64,000 nt of DNA from Thiobacillus sp. (GTDB lineage Bacteria > Pseudomonadota > Gammaproteobacteria > Burkholderiales > Thiobacillaceae), in assembly GCA_035428045.1 (NCBI GenBank), contig DAOMCT010000001.1, positions 162,899 to 226,898 on the forward strand, read 5' to 3'. Positions 38,892 to 48,565 of this stretch are shown in pieces. Made by a program: the position numbers and the translations under genes. The notes under the pieces were generated by a model, which was given only the letters and a program-made list of their open reading frames with translations, made no database searches and was not told the DNA's origin. How positions within the stretch are numbered: the stretch's first letter is position 1; each line of letters opens with the position of its first letter.

Positions 38892-40461
38892 GGCTCATCC
38901 GCGCAAGGTGAAGCGGGTCTTGTCGCGGTGCATACCGTTGGCCCTCCTTGCGGCTGGGGTCGCGCTGCTTGCCCGTCCGGCATGGGCACTGGATTGGCGG
39001 TTTGAGCCCTCGTTGGGCGGCACGGCGACCTATACCGATAACGCCAACCAGAGTAACGTCAGCCCGGAAGACGCGATGATCTTTACCGTGAGGCCGGGCT
39101 TCAGTCTGCGCTCTGAAGGCTCGCGTCGCATTCAGGCCAATCTGAACTATGGCCTGTCGGGGGTGGCGCGTTATGGCGAGGACCAAAGCACAGACCTCAA
39201 ACACAATCTGGGCGCGCTCGGCAAAGCGGAACTGATCGAGGACTTCCTGTTTGTGGACGGAACCGCAAGCGTTTCGCAGGAGCTGATTTCGCTGACGGGT
39301 TCGCCGGCCGACGCCAACACCAACGACAGCAACCGCGCCACCGTCGGCACCTATTCGCTCAGCCCCTACATTCAGAAACGTCTCGGTACATTCGCCAATG
39401 CGCAAGCGCGCTACACCTCCGGTGGTGCGATTTTCGAGAATGATGCGGCCTCCAATTCCAACGTGAATGCCTTTACAGCCGGTCTGACCAACGGTAGCCG
39501 CTTCAAGAATTTAAGCTGTGGAATCAACTACTCCTTACGCAAGGCGAACAACAGCACCACCGCAGATACGACATTCGAGCGTGTCAGTGCGAGCGCAGGC
39601 TATGCGCTCACCCGCAAATTCCGGGTGTTTGGTACCGTGGGTCAGGACTGGAACGACTACCTCAGCACCAGCGGAACCGATGGCTCGTCGTGGAGCGTGG
39701 GGGGGGGCTGGTCACCCACCCGCCGCACCAGTGTTGAGGCTTCGTTTGGCAAACGCTATTTCGGCAATACCTACAGTCTGTCCGCGAGTCATCGCACCCG
39801 GATATCACGATGGACGGCCAGTTATTCAGAGAATGTCAGCGATATCACGCAACAGTTTCTGGAGCAGAGCAGCCGTGTTTTCTGGGTGTGCAACACAGGA
39901 GAAGCTGTGAGGGATACCCAGGACGTTACAAATCCCGATGCGGCAAGCTGCGTGGGGCCGTATAGTTCAGGCGAACTGACCCAGTTGGTGCTCAACAGCA
40001 CTCCTGGCGTCACGATTGCCGATCTGGTGGCGGCCAATCTGCTGGATATCTCGATTGCCAATGGCGTTTACGTTATCAAGAGCTTTACTGCGGGTGTGTC
40101 TTGGGATATCGGGCGCCTGGGCTTCGGGCTGTCGGCACGCGATACCCGTCGCCTCTATCAGGCGCTTGATGATGCGCAGGACCATGTGCAGAGCCTGACC
40201 GGTTCTGTTAATTATCGGTTGTCTCCCCGAACCAGCGCCTACAGCAGCCTGTCGCTCACACGTACCAATATTGATGCGCTACTATCCGGCGGCACGGCGC
40301 GGGAGGATGACTTGCTCAGCCTTAATCTGGGCCTGAGTCATCGTTTTTCCGAGAAGCTCAACGGCGCGTTGACTTTACGCCATACCCAACGGGATTCGAA
40401 CGACGCCAATTCCGACTACGACGAAAACAGTCTCACTGCCTCGGTCAACAAGCGTTTCTGA
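38872..40461 (+). CDS. PEP-CTERM system-associated outer-membrane beta-barrel protein (TIGR03016-like)
   Basis: Signal peptide, alternating beta-strand pattern, terminal Phe, position after the kinase. Start uncertain (38863, 38872 or 38908). Confidence 0.85.
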   Translation: MAVTENKAHPRKVKRVLSRCIPLALLAAGVALLARPAWALDWRFEPSLGGTATYTDNANQSNVSPEDAMIFTVRPGFSLRSEGSRRIQANLNYGLSGVARYGEDQSTDLKHNLGALGKAELIEDFLFVDGTASVSQELISLTGSPADANTNDSNRATVGTYSLSPYIQKRLGTFANAQARYTSGGAIFENDAASNSNVNAFTAGLTNGSRFKNLSCGINYSLRKANNSTTADTTFERVSASAGYALTRKFRVFGTVGQDWNDYLSTSGTDGSSWSVGGGWSPTRRTSVEASFGKRYFGNTYSLSASHRTRISRWTASYSENVSDITQQFLEQSSRVFWVCNTGEAVRDTQDVTNPDAASCVGPYSSGELTQLVLNSTPGVTIADLVAANLLDISIANGVYVIKSFTAGVSWDIGRLGFGLSARDTRRLYQALDDAQDHVQSLTGSVNYRLSPRTSAYSSLSLTRTNIDALLSGGTAREDDLLSLNLGLSHRFSEKLNGALTLRHTQRDSNDANSDYDENSLTASVNKRF

Positions 40462-40475
40462 CCGATCGGGCGGGT

Positions 40476-40491
40476 TGGCATGTCCCTTGCG
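40476..40491 (+). promoter_or_regulatory. Internal sigma-54 promoter
   Basis: TGGCATGTCCCTTGCG, near-consensus -24/-12 in the 82-bp gap before the ATPase gene. Confidence 0.7.
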
Positions 40492-40543
40492 TAGTTGTAG
40501 ACGGGGCAAGCCAATCCGGCCGCCAACCTCCAACGGATCGTTC

Positions 40544-41578
40544 ATGTACGAAGACTATTACCGCTTTAGCGCCAAACCGTTTCAGCTCAACCCCGACCCG
40601 CGCTTCTTTTTCGGGTCCAAGGGTCACAAGCGGGCGATGGCTTATCTCGACTATGGGCTGTCGCTGGGCGAGGGCTTTATCGTCATCACCGGCGAAGTTG
40701 GCGCGGGCAAAACCACGCTGGTGCGCAATCTGTTTCGCCAGCTCGAATCGCACAATCTGATTGCGGCGCAACTGGTCTCCACCCAGCTCGATGCCGAGGA
40801 CACGCTGCGCAGCGTGGCCGCTTCGTTCGGTCTGGAGCACGAAGGCCTGACCAAATCGGCCCTGCTGAAAAATATCGAGGATTTTTTCATCGCCGCGACG
40901 CGCCAGGGCAAGCGGGTGCTGCTGGTGGTGGACGAGGCGCAAAATTTGACACCGCGCGCAGTGGAAGAACTGCGCATGCTGTCCAATTTCCAGAACGACG
41001 AACGTTCGCTGATCCAGACCTTCCTGCTCGGGCAGCCCGAGTTTCGCGGCATCCTGCAAAGTCCCAACATGCAGCAGCTGCGCCAGCGCGTCGTGGCCTC
41101 CTACCATCTGGGCCCGCTCGGTGCGGACGAAACGCGTGGGTATATCGAGCACCGTTTGCGTACCGTCGGCTGGCAGGGGGTTCCCGGGTTTGACGACGAG
41201 GCGTTTGCCGAACTGCATCGTTTTACCGGCGGTATCCCGCGGCGTCTCAACACAACCTGCGACCGCCTGCTGCTGTTTGGTTTTCTGGAAGAAAAAAGTC
41301 ATTTTGGTATCGATGAAGTCAACGAAGTGATCGCCGACCTCAAAAATGAAATCGCACATCAGGATTTCAGGGGTGATGGCGGCCTCAACGGCCAGCCTGC
41401 AACGGAGGGAAGGGTTTCCAGTGAAGAGACTGCACGACTGGTGCAGCGCGTCGAGCAAATGGAGCGTTCGGTGAACCGCATCCTGCCCATCGTGCGCAAG
41501 ATTCTGTTTACCGTGAGCGAACGCAATGCAGCGGCCGAAGGCGAAACGCTGCCCGATAATCCCGAAATCACTCACTAG
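40544..41578 (+). CDS. XrtA/PEP-CTERM-associated ExeA-like ATPase
   Basis: PFQLNPDPRFFF, GEVGAGKT, VVDEAQ, GGIPRRLN. Confidence 0.92.
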   Translation: MYEDYYRFSAKPFQLNPDPRFFFGSKGHKRAMAYLDYGLSLGEGFIVITGEVGAGKTTLVRNLFRQLESHNLIAAQLVSTQLDAEDTLRSVAASFGLEHEGLTKSALLKNIEDFFIAATRQGKRVLLVVDEAQNLTPRAVEELRMLSNFQNDERSLIQTFLLGQPEFRGILQSPNMQQLRQRVVASYHLGPLGADETRGYIEHRLRTVGWQGVPGFDDEAFAELHRFTGGIPRRLNTTCDRLLLFGFLEEKSHFGIDEVNEVIADLKNEIAHQDFRGDGGLNGQPATEGRVSSEETARLVQRVEQMERSVNRILPIVRKILFTVSERNAAAEGETLPDNPEITH

Positions 41579-41594
41579 CCCACACGGAATGAAC

Positions 41595-42698
41595 ATGACT
41601 CAAGTTTTGTGTGTTGCAGGAGCGCGTCCCAATTTCATGAAAATCGCACCGGTCATGGCCGCACTGGCCGAGACCGGCATCACAGCGCAGTTGCTGCATA
41701 CCGGCCAGCATTACGATGCGGCGATGAGCGACGGCTTTTTTGCCGACCTCGGCATTCCGCGCCCGGATCATCATCTTGAAGTCGGCTCCGGCAGCCACGC
41801 GGTGCAGACGGCGGAGGTGATGAAGCGCTTTGAGCCGGTGCTCGACAGCGTGCAACCGCAAGCCGTGCTGGTGGTGGGAGATGTCAACTCCACTATTGCC
41901 TGCGCACTGGTGGCGGCCAAGCGCGGCGTGCGCGTGATCCATGTCGAAGCCGGATTGCGCAGCTACGACCGCAGCATGCCCGAAGAAATCAACCGCGTTC
42001 TGACCGACCAGATTTCCGATTTGCTGTTCACTACCGAAAAAAGCGCGCTGGCCAATTTGCAGCGCGAGGGCATCGACCCCGCACGCGTTGAGTTCGTCGG
42101 CAACGTGATGATCGATACCCTGTACCGCAATCTCGAACGGGCCGTGCCCAGCAGCCAGACGCTGGGGGCGGCGCTGCCGGCCTATGCCGTGCTGACGCTG
42201 CACCGGCCGTCCAACGTCGACGACCCGGCCACGCTGGCCGCACTGCTCGATGTGATCGGTGAAATCAACGCCGTCTTGCCGGTGGTGCTGCCCCTGCATC
42301 CACGCACGCGCGGCAATATCAAAAAATTCGGCCTGTCCGCCAGGCTAGAGCCGCTGCGCATCCTGCCGCCGCTGGGCTACCTTGAGATGCTCGGGCTGAT
42401 GCGCGATGCAAAACTGGTGTTGACTGATTCGGGCGGCATCCAGGAAGAAACCACCGCGCTCGGCGTTGCGTGCCTCACGCTGCGCGACAATACCGAGCGC
42501 CCAATCACGCTGACCGAAGGCACGAATACCCTGGTCGGTGCCGATCCCGCTGCGATCCGGGCTGCATTTGAAACCGTGATGACGAGTGGCGGCCGCGCCG
42601 GTTGCATCCCGGAATACTGGGATGGCCGTGCAGCGATGCGCATCGCGCATACGCTGAAAGGCTGGTTGCCGCAACCGGCCGGCGTCAGGGGGATGTAA
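41595..42698 (+). CDS. wecB: UDP-N-acetylglucosamine 2-epimerase (non-hydrolysing)
   Basis: GARPNFMK, HTGQHYD, HVEAGLRS, PEEINR, TDSGGIQEE, TERP. Confidence 0.93.
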   Translation: MTQVLCVAGARPNFMKIAPVMAALAETGITAQLLHTGQHYDAAMSDGFFADLGIPRPDHHLEVGSGSHAVQTAEVMKRFEPVLDSVQPQAVLVVGDVNSTIACALVAAKRGVRVIHVEAGLRSYDRSMPEEINRVLTDQISDLLFTTEKSALANLQREGIDPARVEFVGNVMIDTLYRNLERAVPSSQTLGAALPAYAVLTLHRPSNVDDPATLAALLDVIGEINAVLPVVLPLHPRTRGNIKKFGLSARLEPLRILPPLGYLEMLGLMRDAKLVLTDSGGIQEETTALGVACLTLRDNTERPITLTEGTNTLVGADPAAIRAAFETVMTSGGRAGCIPEYWDGRAAMRIAHTLKGWLPQPAGVRGM

Positions 42699-43541
42699 AT
42701 GGCCCGCATGAAAAATGCGATGTCGATCGACGTCGAAGACTATTTTCAGGTATCAGCGTTTGCCTCGACTATCCGGCGCGAAGACTGGGACAGCATGCCG
42801 TGCCGGGTGGAACGCAACATCGACGTGATCCTGCAACTGCTGGACGAGGCGGGCTCCAGCGCAACTTTCTTTACCCTTGGCTGGATTGCCGAGCGCTACC
42901 CGCAGGTCGTGCGGCGGATCGTCGACGGGGGTCACGAACTCGCCAGTCATGGCTACGGCCACCAGCGCGTATCGGATCTCACGCCGGAACAGTTTCGGCA
43001 TGACATTACCCACGCCAAGCGCATCCTCGAAGACCTTGGCGGGATCGCGGTTCGCGGCTACCGCGCGCCGAGTTTTTCCATCAACCAGAACAACTGGTGG
43101 GCGGTCGAGGAACTGCAAAATGCCGGCTACGTCTACAGTTCGAGCATTTATCCAGTCAAGCACGATCACTACGGCATGCCGGATGCGCCACGTTTTCCCA
43201 ATCGCCCCAATGGCGTCGACGGCATACTGGAACTGCCGCCCACCACGCTTGAATTGCTGGGCCGCAACCTACCGGCGGCAGGCGGCGGCTGGTTCAGGCT
43301 GTTGCCCTATTCGATGTCGCGCTGGATGCTGCGTCGCGTGAACGCGCAGGATCAGGCACCCTGCATGTTCTATTTCCACCCGTGGGAAATGGACGCCGAG
43401 CAGCCGCGCCAGCCCGGCTTGTCGGCCAAAACGCGTTTTCGGCATTACGTCAATTTGCAACGTATGCCGGGCAGAATGAAAAAACTCCTGAACGATTTTG
43501 AATGGGATCGCGTCGACCGCGTGTTCCTTCCAGCGCTTTGA
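42699..43541 (+). CDS. XrtA-system polysaccharide deacetylase
   Basis: SIDVEDYF, HELASHGYGH, GYRAPSFS, FYFHPWE. Confidence 0.92.
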   Translation: MARMKNAMSIDVEDYFQVSAFASTIRREDWDSMPCRVERNIDVILQLLDEAGSSATFFTLGWIAERYPQVVRRIVDGGHELASHGYGHQRVSDLTPEQFRHDITHAKRILEDLGGIAVRGYRAPSFSINQNNWWAVEELQNAGYVYSSSIYPVKHDHYGMPDAPRFPNRPNGVDGILELPPTTLELLGRNLPAAGGGWFRLLPYSMSRWMLRRVNAQDQAPCMFYFHPWEMDAEQPRQPGLSAKTRFRHYVNLQRMPGRMKKLLNDFEWDRVDRVFLPAL

Positions 43542-43543
43542 AC

Positions 43544-44620
43544 ATGCCAGCTGAACTTCCACAAGGGCACGCGACTATCGCGGTGTCCGCGTCCCCTGTG
43601 ACCGTGCGTGCAGCGTCGGCAAACGACGTGTCGCGCTGGGATGCCTTTGTGCTGACGCATCCGGAAGCCACGTTTTTTCATCGCATCGGCTGGAAGCGGG
43701 TGATCGAACAGGCATTTGGCCATCGAACCCATTTTTTGCTGGCAGAACGGGACGGCTCCATCGTCGGCGTGCTGCCGCTGGCCGAAATCAAAAGCCGGCT
43801 GTTCGGCCATAGCCTGGGTTCATTGCCGTTTTGCGCCTATGGCGGCATCGTCGCCAGCGACGATGCGGCGTGGCGCGGACTCGATCTTGCCGCGCAGGCG
43901 CTAGCCCGCACGCTCAAGGTGGGCGCGCTCGAATACCGCAATCAGGTCGCGCAGCATGTCGACTGGCCGGCCAAGGATCTCTACGTCACCTTCAAGAAAG
44001 CCATCGAACCCGAAACCGAAGCCAACATGAACGCCATTCCGCGCAAGCAGCGCGCGATGGTTAGAAAGGGCATCAAGGCCGGACTCACGGGCGAGATCGA
44101 TCACGACACCACGCGTTTCTTTCAGGCCTATTCGGCCAGCGTGCACCGGCTCGGCACGCCGGTTTTTTCGCGCAAGTTTTTCCAGTTGCTCAAGGACGAG
44201 TTTGGCGATCATTGCGAAGTGCTGACCATCGTGCTCGGCGAGCAGGTGATCGCCAGCGTGATGTCGTTCTATTACCGCGACGAAGTGCTGCCGTATTACG
44301 GCGGCGGCGTCGATGCGGCGCGCGCCGTGGCAGGCAACGATTTCATGTATTGGGAGCTGATGCGGCGTGCCTGCGAGCGAGGCATCAAGGTGTTCGACTT
44401 CGGCCGCAGCAAGCGTGGCACCGGCTCGTTTGATTTTAAGAAGAACTGGGGCTTCGAGCCGACGCCGCTGCACTATGAATATTTTCTGGTGAACGACAGC
44501 GACGTGCCTGAAATCAACCCGCTCAATCCGAAATACCGCCTGTTCATTCAGGCCTGGAAGAAGATGCCGCTGGCGGTTGCCAATGTGATCGGGCCGCACA
44601 TCGTCAAGAATCTGGGCTGA
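43544..44620 (+). CDS. FemAB-like XrtA/PEP-CTERM-associated protein
   Basis: GVLPL...LFG..L.SLPFCAYGG, RKQRAMVRKG, FDFGRSK..TGSFDFKKNWGF. Confidence 0.9.
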   Translation: MPAELPQGHATIAVSASPVTVRAASANDVSRWDAFVLTHPEATFFHRIGWKRVIEQAFGHRTHFLLAERDGSIVGVLPLAEIKSRLFGHSLGSLPFCAYGGIVASDDAAWRGLDLAAQALARTLKVGALEYRNQVAQHVDWPAKDLYVTFKKAIEPETEANMNAIPRKQRAMVRKGIKAGLTGEIDHDTTRFFQAYSASVHRLGTPVFSRKFFQLLKDEFGDHCEVLTIVLGEQVIASVMSFYYRDEVLPYYGGGVDAARAVAGNDFMYWELMRRACERGIKVFDFGRSKRGTGSFDFKKNWGFEPTPLHYEYFLVNDSDVPEINPLNPKYRLFIQAWKKMPLAVANVIGPHIVKNLG

Positions 44621-44623
44621 CGC

Positions 44624-45856
44624 ATGGACGGACTGCTGTTCCTCGCGCATCGCATTCCGTTCCCCCCCAACAAGGGCGACAAGATTCGCTCGTTCCACTT
44701 GTTGCGCCACTTGAGCACGCGCTATGTCATCCACCTCGGCGCCTTCGTCGACGATGCGGACGACTGGCAGTTTCAGGATGCGCTCAAACCCTATTGCGCG
44801 TCGATCAAGTTGCTGCCGTTGAATCCGCGCCGGGCCAGGCTGGCGAGCCTGACGGGATTGTTCAGCGGCGAAGCGCTGACACTGCCGTACTACCGCAACC
44901 GCGAATTGACGCAATGGGCGGCCGGGCTGGCGGCGAGCGGCACGGTGACGCGCGGTCTGGCGTATTCGTCGGCGATGGCGATGTTCATGCCGCCCATGCT
45001 GGCGCGGCGGGTGATCGACATGGTCGACGTGGATTCCGACAAATGGACGCAATACGCGTCGACCCAGCGCTGGCCGATGTCCTGGGTGTACGCGCGCGAA
45101 GGCCGCAAGCTGGCGGACTGGGAGGCGCGGGTGGCACAGGATTTCGATGCCACCCTGCTGGTGTCGCCTGATGAAGCGGCGCTGCTGCAGCAGCGCGTGC
45201 CGCAGGCGCGGGACCAAATCGGGGCCTTTGAAAACGGCGTCGATGCGGATTATTTTTCGCCCGCGCGCGACTACCCGAACCCGTATTCACCCGAGGTGCA
45301 GGGCGTCGTTTTCACCGGTGCGATGGACTACTGGCCCAATGTCGATGCTGTCAGCTGGTTTGCCGAGCGGATTTTTCCGGCGATTCGCGATGCGGCCCCG
45401 GCCGCGCAGTTCGCCATCGTCGGCAGCCGCCCCAGCGCGGCGGTGCTTGCGCTGGGGCGCCAGCCGGGGGTGATCGTCACCGGCAGCGTGCCTGATGTGC
45501 GCCCCTGGCTTGCGCATGCAAAGTGCGCCGTGGCGCCTTTGCGCATCGCGCGCGGCGTGCAGAACAAGGTGCTTGAGGCGATGGCCATGGCGCGTCCGGT
45601 CGTCGTCAGCGCCCAGGCCGCCGAAGGCATCCGCGCCGAAGCCGGGCGCGATTTCATTCTGGCGCATGGCGAGGCGGAATTTGCCCAGGCCGTGGTCAAG
45701 CAGTTGCAGGGTGCGTCGTCCGCCGCACCCGCACGCGCGTGCATCCTGGCGCATTACGACTGGGCGGCCAGTTTGCGCCGCATCGACCCCCTGTTTGAAC
45801 CGGTCGCGGTTCAGCCCCCTGTACTGGAGACGTACCCGCATGTCACGCCCGCCTGA
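44624..45856 (+). CDS. XrtA-system glycosyltransferase (GT4)
   Basis: HRIPFPPNKGDKIRS, VDVDSDKW, NGVD, GVQNKVLEAMA. Confidence 0.9.
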   Translation: MDGLLFLAHRIPFPPNKGDKIRSFHLLRHLSTRYVIHLGAFVDDADDWQFQDALKPYCASIKLLPLNPRRARLASLTGLFSGEALTLPYYRNRELTQWAAGLAASGTVTRGLAYSSAMAMFMPPMLARRVIDMVDVDSDKWTQYASTQRWPMSWVYAREGRKLADWEARVAQDFDATLLVSPDEAALLQQRVPQARDQIGAFENGVDADYFSPARDYPNPYSPEVQGVVFTGAMDYWPNVDAVSWFAERIFPAIRDAAPAAQFAIVGSRPSAAVLALGRQPGVIVTGSVPDVRPWLAHAKCAVAPLRIARGVQNKVLEAMAMARPVVVSAQAAEGIRAEAGRDFILAHGEAEFAQAVVKQLQGASSAAPARACILAHYDWAASLRRIDPLFEPVAVQPPVLETYPHVTPA

Positions 45857-47387
45857 TTCCCTGCCTGCTGCCCCGCGCAGCTGGTTGTTGCCCGCCGGTC
45901 TGACGGTCGGGGTGTTGTTGCTGCTGATCGCGGTGTTCTGGCCAACGTTTTATTCGATGGCCGCAGTGTGGGAGCGCTCGGAAACCTTTGCGCACGGCTA
46001 CCTGATCTTTCCGATCAGCGCCTGGCTGGTGTGGCGGATGCGCGACGAACTGGCGCAGCTGCAGCCACAGCCCGATTTGCGTGGCTTGCTCGTGATGGCA
46101 CTGGCCGGGCTGGGCTGGTTGCTGGCGGACGCCGGCAGTGTCAATGTGGCGGCGCAGTTTGCCTTCATCACCCTGCTGATCGCAGCGGTGTGGACGCTGC
46201 TGGGCTGGCAGGTGTTCCGCGCGTTGCTGTTTCCGCTGATGTTCCTGTTCTTCGCCGTGCCGGTGGGCGAGTTCCTGATCCAGCCGCTGATGGGCGTGAC
46301 GGCCGATTTCACCGTGGCGATGCTGCAGTTCACCGGGATTCCGGTGTATCGCGAAGGCACTTTCTTCAGCATTCCGAGCGGCGACTGGTCGGTGGTCGAA
46401 GGCTGCTCGGGGCTGCGCTACCTGATCGCGTCGATCACGCTGGGCGTGCTGTACGCCTACCTGACCTATCGTTCATGGCAGCGCCGGCTGCTGTTCACCC
46501 TCGCCGCGATGGTCGTCCCGGTGTTCGCCAACAGTGGGCGTGCCTACATGATCGTGATGATCGCCCACCTGTCCGACATGAAGCTGGCGCTGGGGGTCGA
46601 TCACTATATTTATGGCTGGGTATTCTTCGGCATCGTCATGCTGCTGCTGTTCTGGATCGGCAGCTTCTGGCGCGAGGACGAAGCGCCGCAATCGACGCGT
46701 CCCGCTGCCGCGCCGCATGCCGCTGCCGGCAGCGCGCGCGGGCGTCCCCTCTGGCTGGCCGGCATGGCGGTGATGCTGGTTGCCAGCCTGTGGCCGGTGT
46801 ACGCGATCTGGCTCAATGACCGGCCATTGCCCGAGATGACTGCTTTGCAGGTCGAACCGAGCGGCGGCTGGCAGCCTGCTGCGGCCTTTACCCGCTGGAC
46901 ACCGCACTGGGTCGGTGCCGATCGCCAGCTGCGCCAGTCGTTTGCCCAGGCAGGCAACAACGTGTTGCTGGAACTCAACTACTACGTGACCCAGCGCCAG
47001 GATGCCGAACTGATCAATTCGCAGAATTTCATGATTCGGCAGAAGGACCCGGCCTGGTCGAACATCGGCGAAAAGATTGCTGACGTGACGATCGGCGGCG
47101 CGTCGCGCCGGGTGCGCGAGGCCCGGTTGCGCGGCAGCAATGGCCAGCGCCTGCTGGTGTGGCAGTGGAATCTGATCGACCAGCGCCCGGTCGTGAACGA
47201 CCAGATCGCCAAGCTGGTTCTGGCGGCCGACCGGGTGCAGCTGAAGCGCGACGATGGCCTGTCGGTGCTGATAGCCACGCCTTATCTGGAAAGCGAGATG
47301 GATGCTGCAACCGCGACGCTGGCGCGTTTTGCGGCCGACATGCAGAAGCCAATCGGCCGCGCACTCGATCAGGTCAATGGGCAGTGA
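45840..47387 (+). CDS. xrtA: Exosortase A with C-terminal EpsI domain
   Basis: Multi-TM; catalytic Cys VVEGCSGLRY, Arg (NSGR), His (VDHYIYGW); EpsI-like tail. Confidence 0.93.
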   Translation: MSRPPDSLPAAPRSWLLPAGLTVGVLLLLIAVFWPTFYSMAAVWERSETFAHGYLIFPISAWLVWRMRDELAQLQPQPDLRGLLVMALAGLGWLLADAGSVNVAAQFAFITLLIAAVWTLLGWQVFRALLFPLMFLFFAVPVGEFLIQPLMGVTADFTVAMLQFTGIPVYREGTFFSIPSGDWSVVEGCSGLRYLIASITLGVLYAYLTYRSWQRRLLFTLAAMVVPVFANSGRAYMIVMIAHLSDMKLALGVDHYIYGWVFFGIVMLLLFWIGSFWREDEAPQSTRPAAAPHAAAGSARGRPLWLAGMAVMLVASLWPVYAIWLNDRPLPEMTALQVEPSGGWQPAAAFTRWTPHWVGADRQLRQSFAQAGNNVLLELNYYVTQRQDAELINSQNFMIRQKDPAWSNIGEKIADVTIGGASRRVREARLRGSNGQRLLVWQWNLIDQRPVVNDQIAKLVLAADRVQLKRDDGLSVLIATPYLESEMDAATATLARFAADMQKPIGRALDQVNGQ

Positions 47388-48513
47388 CGTGATTCCGCAC
47401 ATCGTGCATGTCGTTCACCGCTTCGATACCGGCGGTATGGAAAACGGCATGGTCAACCTGTTCAACACCCTGCCGCCCGAGCGCTACCGGCACACGGTGG
47501 TTGCGCTGACCGATTTCAGCGACTTCCGTCGCCGCATCACCGCGCAGCCGGTCGGCTTCTATGCCCTGCATCGCCCGCCGGGCCGAGGCCTCGGCTGGAT
47601 GCTGCGCTTGCGCAGGCTGTTGCGCCAGCTGCAACCCGATCTGGTGCACACGCGCAACCTGGCCGCGCTGGAAGCGCAGCTGGTGGCGGCCGCGTCCGGC
47701 ATCCGCGCCACGGTGCATGGCGAACATGGACGCGATGTGTTCGACCTCTACGGGCAGAATCGCAAGTACAACCTGATTCGGCGTGCTATCCGGCCGTTTG
47801 TCTCGAACTACATTGCGGTGAGCCAGGATCTTGAAAACTGGCTGCGCGAGACCATTCATGTGCCGCCTCGCCGGCTGCACCAGATCTACAACGGCGTCGA
47901 CAGCGTGAAATTCCATCCGCGTGTCGGCGCGCGCCCCGATTTTGCACACCCCAACAGCATCGTGTACGGCTCGGTGGGGCGCATGGTCGAGGTCAAGGAT
48001 TATCCGACCCTGACGCGCGCCTTCATCCAGATGGTGCGCCAGCAGCCCGAGCGCGACGAGCGGGCGCGTCTGGTGCTGGTCGGCGAAGGGCCGGCGCGCG
48101 CCACCTGCCAGACCTTGCTGCAGCAGGCCGGGCTGGCGCATCTGGCCTGGCTGCCGGGCGAGCGCCACGATATTGCAGATATCATGCAGGCCTTCGATGT
48201 GTTCGTCCTGCCATCCAGAAACGAGGGCATCTCCAATACCCTGCTCGAGGCCATGGCGAGCGGGTTGCCGGTGATTGCCACCGCGGTCGGCGGCAATGTC
48301 GAACTGGTGCAGACGGGGGTCAACGGCATGCTGGTGCAGCCGGGCGATGTCTCCGGCATGGCACAGGCCTTGCTGGGGTATCTGGACGCGCCGGCACGGA
48401 TTGCCGAGCAGGGCCATGCCGCGCGGCGGCAGGCCGTTCAGCGCTACAGCATCCCTGCGATGGCCGAGGCGTATGCGGCGGTTTACGACCTGACGCTGCA
48501 GCGCAAGTGCTGA
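47377..48513 (+). CDS. XrtA-system glycosyltransferase (GT4)
   Basis: GGMENG, VHTRN, HGEHGRD, IYNGVD, EGISNTLLEAMA. Confidence 0.92.
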   Translation: MGSDVIPHIVHVVHRFDTGGMENGMVNLFNTLPPERYRHTVVALTDFSDFRRRITAQPVGFYALHRPPGRGLGWMLRLRRLLRQLQPDLVHTRNLAALEAQLVAAASGIRATVHGEHGRDVFDLYGQNRKYNLIRRAIRPFVSNYIAVSQDLENWLRETIHVPPRRLHQIYNGVDSVKFHPRVGARPDFAHPNSIVYGSVGRMVEVKDYPTLTRAFIQMVRQQPERDERARLVLVGEGPARATCQTLLQQAGLAHLAWLPGERHDIADIMQAFDVFVLPSRNEGISNTLLEAMASGLPVIATAVGGNVELVQTGVNGMLVQPGDVSGMAQALLGYLDAPARIAEQGHAARRQAVQRYSIPAMAEAYAAVYDLTLQRKC

Positions 48514-48565
48514 AGCCCCGTCAGACCGCGCGAAAACTTGACACGAACCGAGACCCAATAAGCGT

